From contig QPMI01000511.1 in assembly GCA_004431415.1 (NCBI GenBank), positions 62,406 through 126,405 of the forward strand: 64,000 bases of DNA, in the 5' to 3' direction. The stretch is from Cyanophora paradoxa CCMP329. Taxonomy: Eukaryota > Plantae > Glaucophyta. Of the stretch, positions 23,977 to 37,000 are shown piece after piece; position 1 is the stretch's first letter, and each line of letters begins with the position of its first letter. A program made the translations under genes and the position numbers. Below the pieces are notes generated by a model. It ran no database searches, had not been told where the DNA came from, and saw only the letters and a list, made by a program, of their open reading frames with translations.

Positions 23977-26900
23977 CTAGAATGCCGGCAGGCCGCTAGT
24001 CGCGGTCGCCGCCGGGGAGGGGGGTCTGGTAGCGGGAGTGGCGGGAGGGGGAGTCGGCGCCCAGGGAGGGGGTCCCCGCGGCGGCCGGCGTGCGGGGCCC
24101 CGCGCGGGGCGGCCGCTGGCTCTTCTCGGGGCTCGGGCCCCGCGACGTGGAGATCGGGGGGTACCGGGAGGGCGACGCCCCCGCGGGGGAGGCGACCGGC
24201 GTCGCGGCGCCGGCGGAGGGGGCGGCGGTGGACGCCGAGGGGCGGGCGGGCGGCCGGCGGGCGCGACGGGGGTAGGCGCCGGCGCGGGGGCCAGCGGCGC
24301 GAGGCGCGGCGTGCCGCGGGGGCGGGTGCGCCGAGGGGCCCCGCGACGGCTGCAGCGGCGGCCCGCGGAAGGCGCCGCCGGCACCTGCCGCCGCCCCCGG
24401 CCCGGCGCCCTTGAGGGGGCTGACGGAGAGCCCGCGCGAGTGGGGCGCCGGCAGCGGCGACTGCTGCTGCGGCTCGGCCGTCGAGGCGGCGCGGCCGCCG
24501 CCGCGCAGCTCCGGCGCCCGCACCCCGCGGCGGGCCGTCCGCCGGCGCGCCGCCTCCTCCTCCTCCTCATCTTCGGGGTCGCTCCCGCGGGGCGCCCAGC
24601 GGACGGAGGCGGGCGAGGGCTCCCCCTCCCCCTCCCCTCCTCCTCCCCGGAGCCGCTGGAGGGGCCGGCAGCGCCCCGCCGGGCCGGCCGCGCCCGCGGC
24701 TGCGGCCTGCGGGGGCCGCCCTCGGAGCGCGGGCGGCTCGCGGAGCGCGCCCGCCGCGCCGGCGGCCCACGGGAGCTGCTCCGCCGCCTGCGCGGCCTCT
24801 CCTCCTCCTCCTCCAGCTCCTCCTCCTCCTCGCTGGTGTCCGGAGCGCGGGGCCGGCGGGAGCGGCGTGGCGGGGCGCCGCCCTCGAGGCGGTCGAGGTG
24901 GGCGGAGGCGTCGGCGAGGGAGGCGTCAAGGTCGCGGCGGATGTCGTCGCTCAGGTGCCGCGCCAGCGCCAGCGCGGCGCCCAGCGGGTCCCGCCCCGCC
25001 CCCGGCCCCTCCCCCGCCCCGCCCGCCTCCGCCCCGGCCGCGGCGGCGGGGAGGCGGGGGCGGCCTCGTCCCCGGGCGGCGGGTGTGGCTCGGGCGGGGG
25101 GCGCGCGAGGGCGCGGTCGAAGGCGGGGAGGAGGCTCGGGAGCGCCGCCACCGCCTCCACGGGGGCCGCCGGGGAGGCGGCCGGGGAGGCGGGGCGCGGG
25201 GCGAGGGCGTCGGTACCGCCGCCTGGGGCGAGGCCTGCGCGGGGGCCGTCGGCGAGCGGAGGAAGGGCGACGCCGCGGCGTCCCCGGCGGCCCGGCGCCG
25301 CCGCCGACGCCGGCGCCCTCCAGCGGCGGGGCGGCCACTGCCGTACCCGACGCCGGAGCCGCCTCCTGCACGGGCCGCTCGGCTTAGGCAGACGGGAGTC
25401 GGCTGGCGGTGGGAGTGAAGGCACCGTTGGTTGCTCTTGGAAGCGCACGGCGGGGCCTGGAGCGGGCGCCGCTGCCGCCCCGCCGCTGCCGCGAGCGCTG
25501 AACTCGCCCACTGCGGCGGCGGCGAGAGGTGAGGGGGCGGAGCGGGCGGTGCGGGCGTGCGGGCGGGGCGCACGGGGGACGACGAGGCGGGAGAAGGGCC
25601 GCAGGGCGGGCAGCTCCTTCGAGGCGAGCAGCCGCCCGTCCCGCGCCGACCGCACCTGCCGCCGCCTCAGGAGAGGGGGGGAGCACCCGGCGGGGGGGTA
25701 CGCTGGACCTCGAGGTAGGCGGGGAGGCGGGGCCCGAAGGCGGAGGGCGGCAGCACGAAGAGCGCGTCCCCGAACGTGTCCGTCTCCGCCGCCGCGTCCC
25801 CCTGCCGCCCCGCGAGGTCGGGCGGGGCTTGGAAGGCCGGCCGGCGGGCGGAGGCGGCGCACGCGGACGAAGGCGGGGGGAGCGGGGGCGGCGGGGCGGT
25901 GGGGGCGGGGGGGCGGGCGTAGGCGGTGTAGGCGAGGGCGAGGGCGCAGGGCTCGACGGCGCCTTCCTCGAGCATCGCCAGCACGCTCGTCCGCACGGTC
26001 TGCGCGGGGCTGGTTGACGGAGGGCGAAGGGGGCGGGGCGGGGCGGGGCTGTGGGGAAGGGTGGCACCACGAGGACGGGGAGGGCCTCGACGTCCAGGCG
26101 GGCGACGCCGACGGAGCCCGGGGCGACGCGCGCCCGGGCGGCGGCGAGGGGCGCCCCCGCCTTCGTCTCCAGCGTCACCCGCTTCTCCCCGGGCAGCAGG
26201 CCCTCGAACGCCACCTCCTCCGAGCTCAGCTTGTACCCCGCCGCCGTCCTGGGAGGGGGGGGGTGCGATGTGAAGGAGCGGCGTAGGCGAGAGCATTGGG
26301 GCCGGGCACCGCTCCATGAGGCCCTCCGAGTCGTAGACGACGACGGAGAGGGGCACGCGGACGGCGGAGGCGCCCGAGGGGGACGAGCGCACGTCGAAGC
26401 CCATGCGCGGGAGGCGCACGTACACCTGGGGGGCACGGTAAAACGGTGCGGTGTAGGGGGCGGGGAGAGGGTACGGCGCACCACGAGGTCGCAGAGGCCG
26501 GCGGTGCGCATGGGGGCGGCGGCGAAGTAGCCCGGGGGAGGGGGCGAGGGGGCGCGGCGGGGCGGGGACGGGGAGCGGGAGGGGGCGCGGCGGGTTGGGG
26601 AGGGGGACCCCCGGCGGGAGGGGGGCCGGGAGCCGTAGAGCGGCAGGGGCGCGGCGAGGGGGCCCAGGCCGAAGGCCGGCCGCGGCGTCGGGAGGGCGGC
26701 GCCCGTCGCGGGGCCCCACCCGGGGCGCGGGGTGCCCAGCGGCGGGCCGCCACCGCCCCACGGAAGTGGCGGGGCGGCCCCGACGGAGGGCGGCTCCCGA
26801 GGCGGGCGAGGAAGCGGGCGGGGCGGCTCGCCCGCCACCCGTACCGCCCCTGCGCCTTGTGCGAGGGCGCAGGGGCCCCCATGTGGCGCCACGGCGAGAG

Positions 26901-29900
26901 GGAGACGCCCGTGCCGTCCAGCGAGCCCCCGCCGAACCCGACGTGCGTCACGCGCCGGTACGCGAAGGCGAGGGCCAGCAGGAGCACTGCGCGCGCGTCA
27001 CGCGGGGGGTACCGGGGCAGAGAAGAGGAGGGCGGGCGGACGGATGGCGGCGGTGATGGCGCCGATGACGATGCCGGCGATGGCGCCGGCGGAGAGGCCG
27101 CTGGCGGCGCCCGGGGCCGGGGCCGGGGCCGGGGGGGCGGCGCGGGGGAAGGGGGTGGCGAGAGGCAGGGAGGCGGCAGGCCCGGGGCCGGCGAGGAGGC
27201 CGGCGCCCAGCAAGGGGAACTCGGGCCCGAGGGAGAGGGAGCCGGCGGCGAGGGCCGACCCCACGGCCCGCGCCACGCCGGCCGCCGCCGCCTCGCTCTC
27301 CGCCCGCCCGGGGGCCTCCACCTGGGGCCCCGTGAGGCCGCGCCGGGGCCGGCGGGGCGGGCGGGGGCGGGGCGGACGAGGGCGACGAGGGAGCCCTCGT
27401 AGTAGTCCAGCAGCCGCATCTGGCCCCGCCCCCGCCCCGTCAGACACGGCCGGCGGGCGGGGCGGGGCGGAGAGGGCGGGCCTGGTCGCGCTGGAGGCCG
27501 GGAAGAGGGCGGCTGCCTCGAGGGCCCCGCGAGGGCCCCAGCAGCCGCAGCTGCGCCCTGCCCCCGCCCGCCCCGTCAGGCGGGGCGGGAAGACGCGGGG
27601 GGCTCGGCAGGCGCACTCCGGGGTGAAGTTGGCGGGGGAGCCCTGGACGCGCAGCTGCAGCGTGAGCGCGAAGGCCGTCTCGTTCGCCCCGGCGTCGGCG
27701 CGGGGGCCGGGGCCGGCGTGGCCGGCGCGGGGCCGTCGAGGCGGGGGCGGGGCGGGGCGATGGCATGGGGACGGAGGCGGCGAGGGCGGCGGAGCGGAGG
27801 GTCGCGCGGAGCACCGCCGAGGCCGGGGCCGGGCCGCCCTCGCCAGAGGCGGCCGCCTCGCAGACGGAGGGCCCCTCGAGGGCCGGGCAGTCGGCCCGGG
27901 CCCCAGGGCGACGCTGGCCGTCTCCCGGCGGCCCCCGAGAGGCGGAGGGCGAGGCAGGCGCCGGCGAAGGGCGCCGGCGGGCCGGAGCCGGCGGCGGGCC
28001 GGCGGCGCAGCGGAGGCGCTCGCCGTCGTAGGAGGCGGCGTGGCAGGCGAGCGCCGGCCACTCCGCCCCGTCCACCCGCACCTGCGCGCGGCCATCTGCG
28101 TCGGCGGGGCGCGGCGTCGGAGAGGCCCGGCGGGCCCTCACCTCGACGAGGACGGCCCCGGGCGGGCAGCGGGGCGCGTGAGGGAGAGCTGCGGGGCGCC
28201 TGAGCCGGGAGAGGCACGGGGGCAGGGCGGGGGAGCGCTCGCCTGGAGGGAGTACTCGCGGGGCTCGGGGAGGCACGCGGCGGGGCCGGCGGGGTCCTCG
28301 TGCAGGGCCGCCGGCGTCCGCGCCGCCCCGCTGTACACCGCCCCCCCGACGAGCGCCGAGCAGCCGGCGCCCTCGCAGGCCGCTGCCGCGTCCACGTAGA
28401 CCGTCCCCAGGTCCGCCCCCGCCGCCCCCGAGGCGAAGCTGGACGCGTAGAGAAGGTAGTACCCCGCTGCGCCCGCCCGGCGTGAGGCGGTGGGGTACGC
28501 GGGGTGGAGAGCGGGTGCGGGCACCGGGGAGGTCGACTGGTACGGTGTAGTTGAGGGAGGGCGAGGCGGCGCTCGCGTTCGCCAGGAGCACGCGCCCTGC
28601 GCGGGCGCCTCGTCTTCAAAAAACAAAAAAAAGGGGGGGGTCGGCGGGGTACCGGAGAGGGCGGGGAGGAGGGCGGCGGGGTCGGCGGGGCCCGGGCCGA
28701 AGGCGGCGGGGCCGACGAGGGGCGCCAGGGCGGAGCGGAACTCGGTGGGGGCCAGCAGGCCGACGCGGGCGCGGGGTACGCCGTCGGCGGCGAGGGCGAC
28801 GCGGCGGGGGGCGCCGGCCGGGAGGAGGTAGGGGCGGCCGCCTCGCGGGGCGAAGGGCGTGCGGGCGGCGGTCAGGAGGAAGGGGGAGGGGGCGGCCCCC
28901 AGGGAGATGCGCAGTCGGCCGGAGGCGAACGGGGCGAGGGGCGGCAGAGTCGAGGCCCGCAGGTCCTCCGCGGAGGGTAGGGGCGCCAGGGCGAGCACCC
29001 CGCCCACATCCCCGGGGGCCGAGGCGGAGGGGCCCTGCAGGGAGGAGGGGTACAGGGCCGCCAGCAGGAGGGTCCCGGAGGGGACGGAGGGGGGTACGGT
29101 TACGGAGGCGGTGCCGGAGGGGCCGGGGGCGGAGGCGGAGGCGAGGGGCGCGGGGCGGGGGCGGCGGAGGCGGCGGTGGAGGTGAGGCGGGCGGTGAGAT
29201 TGGCGGGGGGTACGGCGTCGGAAGCGTACAGGGCGGCGGTGACGGGGCCGAGGGGGCCGGGGCGGGGGCCCAGGAGAGGGCGCAGGCGGCCCCGGGCTCG
29301 CAGACGAGCACGGCCGGGGCGGGGGCCGGCTCCTCCCCGGGCAGGCGGGGGTCGCAGAGGGCGGCGGCGAGCGAGGGGGGGCCGGCGAGGGCGAGGGGGC
29401 CGGCGCAGAAGGGGTAGAGGGGCGCCGGCTCGGCGACGGAGAGCAGGCCGACGTCGAGGGGCCGCCCCTTGGCGGTGAGCAGCACGCCCAGGACCGTCCC
29501 CGCCTCCAGCCCCGCCGGCACCCGGAAGGTCGTCTCGAAGCCGCCGGGGAGGGTGCGCGAGGGGGCGGGGAGGGGGGCGTCGGGGGCCGGGGGGTAGGCG
29601 GGCCCCGTGAGGGCGGCGATGAGGGCGACGGAGTCTGCGCTGGAGTAGAGGGCGAGGGCGGCCGAGGCCGGGGCCAGGTCCCGGAGGCCAGCGGCTCGGC
29701 CCCCGTCGCCGCCCACCGCAGCGTGCACGCCCGGCCCCGCCCGCACGCCGCCGCCTCCGCCGCCGTCCCGTTGCACAGCCCCAGCAGCACCGACGGCGGG
29801 AACGAGAGCGCCGCCCGACGCTCGACGCCCTCGCACGCGGCGTACGGCCGCGGGCCCCGGGGAGCGCCGAGGTCCGCAGGAGGGCGGCGGAGAAGGTCAG

Positions 29901-31693
29901 GCGCGGGGCCGCCTCGCCGGGGCGCCGGCCGCGCAGCCGGCCGGCTCGCCCTCGGCCGGGCACGCGCTACCGTTGCCGTTCCGCTGCGCGCGGGCGTGAG
30001 GGGCGCGCGGGCGGGCCGGGGGCTTGGGCGCGGGGTACCAGGACGAGGGAGAGGGTGTTGGAGGAGGGCCCGCCGAAGGCCGCCCAGAGGCAGGCCCCCG
30101 AGAAGGCGCCGTACCCGCCGGGGGCGGCGGGAGGCAGCGGGCGGGCCCGCGGGCCTCGAGGCGGGCGAGGAAGCAGCGGAAGGCGCGGCGGCCCTCGAGC
30201 CGCAGCTCCAGCAGCAGCGAGCCGGCCGCCGGCGCCGAGAGGAGCGCCTCCGCCGCGAGGGCGCGCGCCGGCGGGCAGGAGGCGGAGGGCGGCGCCGCGA
30301 GGTCCGTGGGCACGCTCGCCTGCCCCGCGAACGAGGCCGGGAGTGCCGCCTGCGCGCACCCCGACCCCGCGCACGGTCCTGCCGCCCGGCCCCCCGGCGT
30401 CGAAGGCTGCGGCGCGGCGAGCGGGCGCCGGGGGATCGCGCACCCGGGGCCTGGATGGACACCAGGCCTGCCGCCGCCGCCCCGCGCGAGGCGGAGAGCA
30501 GGACCGCGTAGTAGTCGCCCCCTGCCGCCCCGTATCGGCGGGGTACGGCGAGACTTCCGGGGGGAGAAGAGAGCGCACCGGGGAAGTCGAGGGGTACGGG
30601 CCACTCGAGCACGTCGCCGGTGGCCCCCGCGGAGAGCACAGCGGCCGGCTCGGCGGCTGCGCGGGAGGGATCAGGCGCGGGGTACGGAGGGGGGAAGGGG
30701 GGTACCGAGGAGGGCGCGGAAGAGGGCAGTGCCGTTGAGGTCCTCGAGGAGGGCGCGCCGCGCGACCGCCGAGAAGTTCGCCGCGCCGAGCAGCACCGCC
30801 CGTAGGGGGTACACGTCCCCCGCCGCAACCGTCCACTGGGCGGCGGCGGGTGAGGCGCGGCAGGGCGCGTCAGGGCGCGGGCGCACGGAGAGCGAGAGGT
30901 TGCCGCCGGCGTGGGCGAGGAAGGAGGCGCCGCTGCGGAGAGCCGCGCGGGCTGCGCGGGCGCGGAACGCCGCGAGCGGCTGCGCCGCGTCCGCCAGCGG
31001 CAGCGCAGACGTGAGCTCGAGCAGGCCCCCTGCGCGCACCGAGTCGGCCACGGTCGGGGCGGGGCGGGGCGCAGGCAGGGGCGGAGGGCACCGGCGAGCT
31101 GGGAGAAGGAGGAGAGGACGCGGGCGGGGCTGTCGGCGGGGGCGACCTCGACGAGCCCCGCGTCGAGCGCGCGGCCGCCCGCCTCGACGCAGACGATGAG
31201 CCGCGTCCCGGTGGGCGTCCCCGCCGGCGGCGAGATGCCGGCCGCGCCCAGCAGGGCCAGGTAGGAGCCGTAAAGCGTCTGGGTGGGCGCGGCGGCGACG
31301 GCCGCGCCCGAGCGGAGCGCGCTCTCGACGGCGGTCCGGTTCGACTCGCTGTAGACGCGCACAGCGACGACGGCGGAGGCGGCGAGCGAGGAGGACCACT
31401 GGAGCTGGCAGGTCGCCCCCGCCGCGCAGGTGAAGCCGGCAGTCAGGAGCCCGCCGAACGGGCCGTCGCGGTCGCTCGTCGCGTTCGTGCACTCCAGCTC
31501 CAGGAGCGAGGCCGGCCGCACCAGCCGCAGCGGCCCTGCGCACGGGGGCATCACGGGCCGGCGCTGTCAATCTTGGTCGAGACCAGGGCGCACCGCTGCA
31601 GGTCGCGGGGGCAGCGAGCGTTCGTGCGATGCCCAGCAGGAGGAATAGAACTCCTGCGGTTGCCGCAGCTTTGCCGGGTCGCGAGCCGCACAT
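23977..31693 (-). CDS. Large multi-exon type-I membrane protein of unknown function (could be two genes)
   Basis: Signal-peptide-like MCGSRPGKAAATAGVLFLLLGIARTLA. Repeated Cys-containing beta-rich modules (CAAGATCQLQWSS, CGRGRACTLRWA, CEPGAACALSWA). TM segment AIAGIVIGAITAAI|VLLLALAFAYRR at ~27 kb. Low-complexity Ser/Pro/Arg tail. Confidence 0.55.
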
Positions 31694-32274
31694 GCGGGAG
31701 ACGTTGACGGGCGCTGGATTCAAACTTCGACCTCGGGCCGGGGGCCTAGCTGCTAGTGCTAGCTCTTTCATGGCTGCTTCGAGGGCTGAACGGTAGTGCG
31801 CTGACGAGGCAGCTCGGCATCTAGCAAGCCGAGCACCGCGCACGCCTCGCGCGATGCGTGCAGGCTGACGGTACCGCCGGTCTACGACCAATAGAGTTCT
31901 CCGGCAGCTTCCTGGGGCGTGCGAGCGCGGCCTCGACGAGCCGGTACCCCCCAGACCAAACTTGAGAAGGAGAGACCAGAGCACCGGGCGAGCGAGCGAG
32001 ACGCAGAACGCAATCAGCGAACGTCCCAGAGCGTTCAGAAAGCGTCGCTGAGGAAACGTACGAGTCAGCAACGCGCACGTAGGCGAAGCACCAAGCGCGG
32101 TCGAGCGCGGGATGGGCAACGCGGCGAGACGCATCGCTGGCCTCGGCGACCCGCTGCAGGCGCAGCGGGATGCGCTGCGCCGGTGCCAGCGCAAAGTGCG
32201 CGGCGTAGACCTCTCGCCGCCATCGTCGACGGCGCCCCTCCCATCGCCCACGCTCGGCTTCGCAGGTAGAGGAA

Positions 32275-33448
32275 ATGATGGAGCGGGAGGGGGCCGCGGC
32301 GGAGAGCTCTAGCAGCCTGGGCGCGCTGCAGAGGAGAAAGTACCAGGAGCACCTCATCCGGCAGGCGCAGGCGCTCGTCGCGCGGCTCGACGAGAAGGTG
32401 CGGCTCCCGTATCGCTTCGGAGCGCAGACCCGCCCGCAGCCGATGCCGCGCTGCAGGCGCAGGGCATGGGGCGCAAGCTGCAGGAGCGGGGCGGCGGCGG
32501 GTCGACCGGAGCGGCAGGCGGGGACGCGGTCGCAGAGCTTGGGCGGGAGCTGCAGCGAGCAGAGCAGGCGGGCGGCCGCGCCGCGTCGCGCGCCCGTCCT
32601 GCGCCGCCCCTCGCTGACGCCGCTGCGCTGCTGCAGGCCCTCGCGGGACCAGCTGATGAGGACGGCGGTGCGAGGAGCGAGCCTATGAGCCTGCGGCGGA
32701 AAGCGGCGGTCGCCGCGTGGGCCTCCTGGATGCTGCTCTCCTTCTGCATGCCCCGCGAGTTTGGCGTGCGCACGGCCACCCCCGCATACCCCCTCCAGCC
32801 GTCAACCGTACCCCCACAGGTCCCCTGGTTCATCGTGGGCGCCCTCATCGGGATCTGTACCCTCGGTCTCGAGACGCGCACGCGGGGCGACACCCTCTCC
32901 GCCTACTCGTGCGCCCCGCGCCTCACTCCCCCTCCCCCCCCCCACCCCGGAAGCAAACGGGGGTACGCGTGGTGACCGTGTGCCAGGGTGTTCAACCCCG
33001 GGGTGGAGCGGCTCGAGGGCGCCATGACGGCCGACTCCTTCGCTCTACCCGGGCAACCTCGCTACGACGCGCGTCCCGCCCCCCCCCCCCCCCCCCCCCC
33101 CCTTCTCCCCCCCCGCTGAGCGCCGGCGGCAGGCCCCCGAGGGCGGGGCGGGGCCCTCCTCCTCCTCGCGGGCGGGGGCGGCCCCGGCGGGGGCCCCGGC
33201 GCACCACCGCATCGAGTCCAACTTCGTGTCCCCGTCGGGCATCACCCTCGTGCGCGCCTCGCTTGAGACTAGACGCGGCCCACTGACCCCGGCCCCCGCA
33301 GGCGGACTACGAGGACGCGTACGAGGAGGAGGCGGACGCGGACGGGGCGGGCGGGGGCCCGGGCGGGCAGCTGCGGCTGCGGGGCAAGGAGCGCAACGCG
33401 GCGTGCCCCTGCGGCTCCGGCAAGAAGGCCAAGAAGTGCTGCGGCTAG
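32275..33448 (+). CDS. SAYSvFN-domain (SAYSD1-like) membrane protein with a C-terminal SEC-C zinc-binding motif
   Basis: Hydrophobic hairpin followed by spliced RGDTLSAYS|VFNPGVERLEGAMTADSF. C-terminus RNAACPCGSGKKAKKCCG*. Confidence 0.8.
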
Positions 33449-34052
33449 TTGTACAGGGCGGCTTTCTGAGGCAGGTTGAGCGACTTTGTCGTGCTGTGCA
33501 TATGCATGCCAAGCCTCGAGCCCGTGTTCAGGGCTGGATAAGAACCCAACGGACTCATCGCCGTATACGTAGCATGCGCATTGCATGTGGCATTTTTACA
33601 TGGCATTTAATTTAGATATCGTTGCAGGGGTGGGCAGCGCCGAGCACCTATACTAACTGTCTATATATAGCTGCCGCTACTTGCTTATTAAATAATTGAA
33701 TGCTCGCGATCGTGATCGCGTATACATGTTGGTCAGAGCTTACAAACGGGATATCGATATCAGCTGCAGAGCCTTGTCGCAGCTGGTCATGAAGAATTTG
33801 ATTCTATAGCTAATTAAATGTAAACAAAACTAGCCGAGCAGAGGGTCAAGAATATTGAAGACTGAAGACTAAGATGTCGATATCAATCTACCACGCGAGC
33901 TCGAGCTCAGCGGCTCAAGGCCCAGGACGAGTTCGAGTTTGGACCGGATCCGGAGCTCGTGATTTAATATTGCAATTGTTGATGGCGATGAAGGAGGGCG
34001 GATCCGAAGTCCCCTAACTAGCTATATACATGTAGGCTCGAGCTCGCAAAAG

Positions 34053-37000
34053 CTAGTCGTCGTCGAGGACAATATAATCGATGACGGTACCCTCCCGCGG
34101 CTCGCGTTGCGCTGCAGACAGATCAACCGCCATCGCAATCAGGAGCGTCAGACGCCGAATCTCAAGGCGCACCAGTGGTGTCTGCAGCTGCAGGGGGCGG
34201 TTGCGGGGAGGGTGTCGGCTGCGGGGGGGGCCCACTGCTGCTGGCACTAGAGCCTGACGCGGCCGATGCAGCTGCCCCCGTGGCCGATCCCGCTGTCGGA
34301 TGCTCCTCATCTCGATCGCGATCGGGAGACCGCGGGCGCTTCCTCGTGAGCGCGGCAGCAGGTGGCGGGCTGACACGTGCACCCGCAGCGACGGCTGCGT
34401 CCCCCTCGCCCCCTGCGAAGCGCTTTAGTCAGCGTACAAAGATTGCACAGAAGAGCGGAGACAGCTAGCGCTGTGACCTGCAGCTGGACTCTGCTGCGAC
34501 TTCTCCTCCGTGCGCACGCCGAGGCGCCTGAGGAGCGCGCGGCGCTCGTCCCGCAGGCGCCGCAGCTCCATCGCGCGGTTGCGCAGCACGCCCTTCTTCT
34601 CGTAGTACATGGCGCAGGGGCGGCAGACGCCGAGCTCCTTCGCGTCGCTCGGGTCCGCCCCCGCGATCTTGATCGAAACGAGCCGGTCGGGCGGCAGCGG
34701 CCGGCTGCATGCCTCGTTCTCGCACTTTGCCCCGCTGCGCTTGACATTAGCATCGCGGATCTGGATGTCGATCGCGTGTTCGTTTCACGCACTCGCGATG
34801 GGCCTCCTCTTTATCGTTCTCCTGCCCATACACGCTCTCGTTCTCGTTCGTGGTATCGTACAAGTCGTTCTTGAAGAATTCTTGCGCCATCAGGCTCCGG
34901 AAGGTCTCCCGCAGCTTCTGGACCTGCTCGGCGTGGACGGGAATGCCTGCCGCGTCCGAGAGGAATCCGTCCTCCTCCAACCGCTGGTACACGCTGATGC
35001 AGCTCTTCACGTTGCCGTAGAACAGGGCAGGGACAATGATCTGCGGTTACAGAGATTTCAGAAGTAGGAAAGGAATTTAAATTTTGGGGCGACCTCGCGA
35101 AGCTCCTGGTAGTGCTCGCTGCTGTAACTCTTTAGACGAGCAAACGCCTTGTGCACAGAATCCGCCAAGTCGAACTGCGCGGCGAGAGCTAATTTTTAGC
35201 ACGTATCCCCGGATATCGATTATGATGATGAACAGTGAGATTCTGTTGACCTGAAAATCTTCCGCGAAACCTTTGGCCACATCGTTGAGTACGCTAACCG
35301 CCTTGTCCCTGATAGATCCTCGAAACTTCGCAAGTTCCACGCTCCTTCCCAGCGCTTCCTCGCGCTCGCGTCCTCTCTGGTCAATGGGGTTTCAAATCTG
35401 TGAATAATTTTTCATTTCTAAAAAGCTATAAAGAGCACGAGCACGAGCAAGATAGAAGGCATCTAGATCTGCATGCGCGGCTGCTCGCGCGGCTGGCTTT
35501 GAAACGGACAGGTCCGCACCGGTTTCTTCAAGACGTGCGCGGCGAGACGGCGGAGGCTCTGGCAGATCTCCTCCCACACTTGCGAACGAAGCTCGGCCAT
35601 GTCGGGCGCGCTCTGCTCGAGCTTTGCGATGTAGCTCTGCACAACGTGATCCATGCTCGAGCTCAACTTCCTGCATGTACGTGCACGTGTTAGAAATGCT
35701 TTCATAATGTATTCTCTGAATAGTAATGCTTGAGGTGTACTTACTTGTGCTCGAAAGAGAGCAAGAGTCTGTATATGGAGCTCGTGGGAACTCTGCTGCC
35801 CGGATTCGGATCCAGCGGGTCTCCGTCAGTATCCGGATCCGTGGATGACATCAATGTCGATGCCTCCTCCATCTTTTTATAGAAGCCCGTCAGCAGTCTG
35901 AACTTCTCCTCCTTTGTTCTCGTGAAGAGTTCCTTGAGAGCATCGAAGACGATGCGAGCCGGCTCGACGGGGACGTAGGTGGCGAGCGGACCGAAGGCAA
36001 TGTCCACCAGTCTTGGATCGGGGTCCTCCGCCTTTTCGCTGCACGCCTTGAGCACAGAGCCGAACTCGCGCTCAGCGAGCATCATGGATTCCTTGTAGGC
36101 TTCCTGCGTTGAGCTGGAAGTCACGATAGAAGATTGCAATTGAAATCATGATATGCAGGGCATGCGCAATTCAAATGTACCAACGTTTCTTTCGCCCGCT
36201 CACTGGAGCAGAGCTCTGCGTACTCGTCGATTGTCTTCTCGGCCCGTTCAAGCGCCTTTCTGAGACTTTCATCCTGCAAGGCGCGATCACGGAAGTGCTT
36301 GAGCTTTCAATCTGGAACACGTTGCGCGTATGCGCACACACCCTCTCAAGATTGTTCAGTTTGAGGACCTTCTTCAGCTTTGCTGCCTTCTCGCTGCGTT
36401 TCCGGAGAAGCTTCACCGCTTCTTGTAGAGACAGCTGAGCCTCCTGGCATTCCCTGCCCGCCCTCAAATCCATGCCCATTTTGCACATCTGCAAATTCGG
36501 AAATTTTTAGTGAAACTCGCGATCAGGCGAATGAATTATTTATCAAATTTGGAAACAAACCTGATCAGAGAGCGCGGCGAAGGGCTCGACTGCATCTGCA
36601 AGGAGCGAAGTCGCGATGGCAGCACGCCGAGGCTTTGCCTGGAGCTGCTGGATGTCCTTCAGCTCCCTTGCCAGAGCGCCGAGGCCGTAGTGCTCGTCGT
36701 CCACCAGCCCGCCGACGACGCAAGTTGTGCGGAAGCGGAGGGCCCCTCTCTCATCGATCTCGCGTTGCTGCTGGTGCCGCTGAGCCTCGGCCGACCTCCA
36801 CCCATCGACGTCCCTCGCCGCTTTGTGTGCCGCCGCCGCCGCGTCGGGTCGCAGCAATCCAGAAATGCCTGGTACAAGCTGTGGAGAAGCGATGCCGAAA
36901 TGAAAATATTAATTCAAATGAGAGTGTGACCACGATTTGTTCAACGTCTCACCTCGGACTCGATGTTTGCAATCCGTTGCAGGGTCAGGGGCTCAGAGTT

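Noticed and set aside
395-33600. Hundreds of long Arg/Pro/Gly/Ala-rich ORFs on both strands
   Set aside because: Expected from stop-codon scarcity at ~80% GC; they are off-frame or antisense shadows of intron-rich genes.
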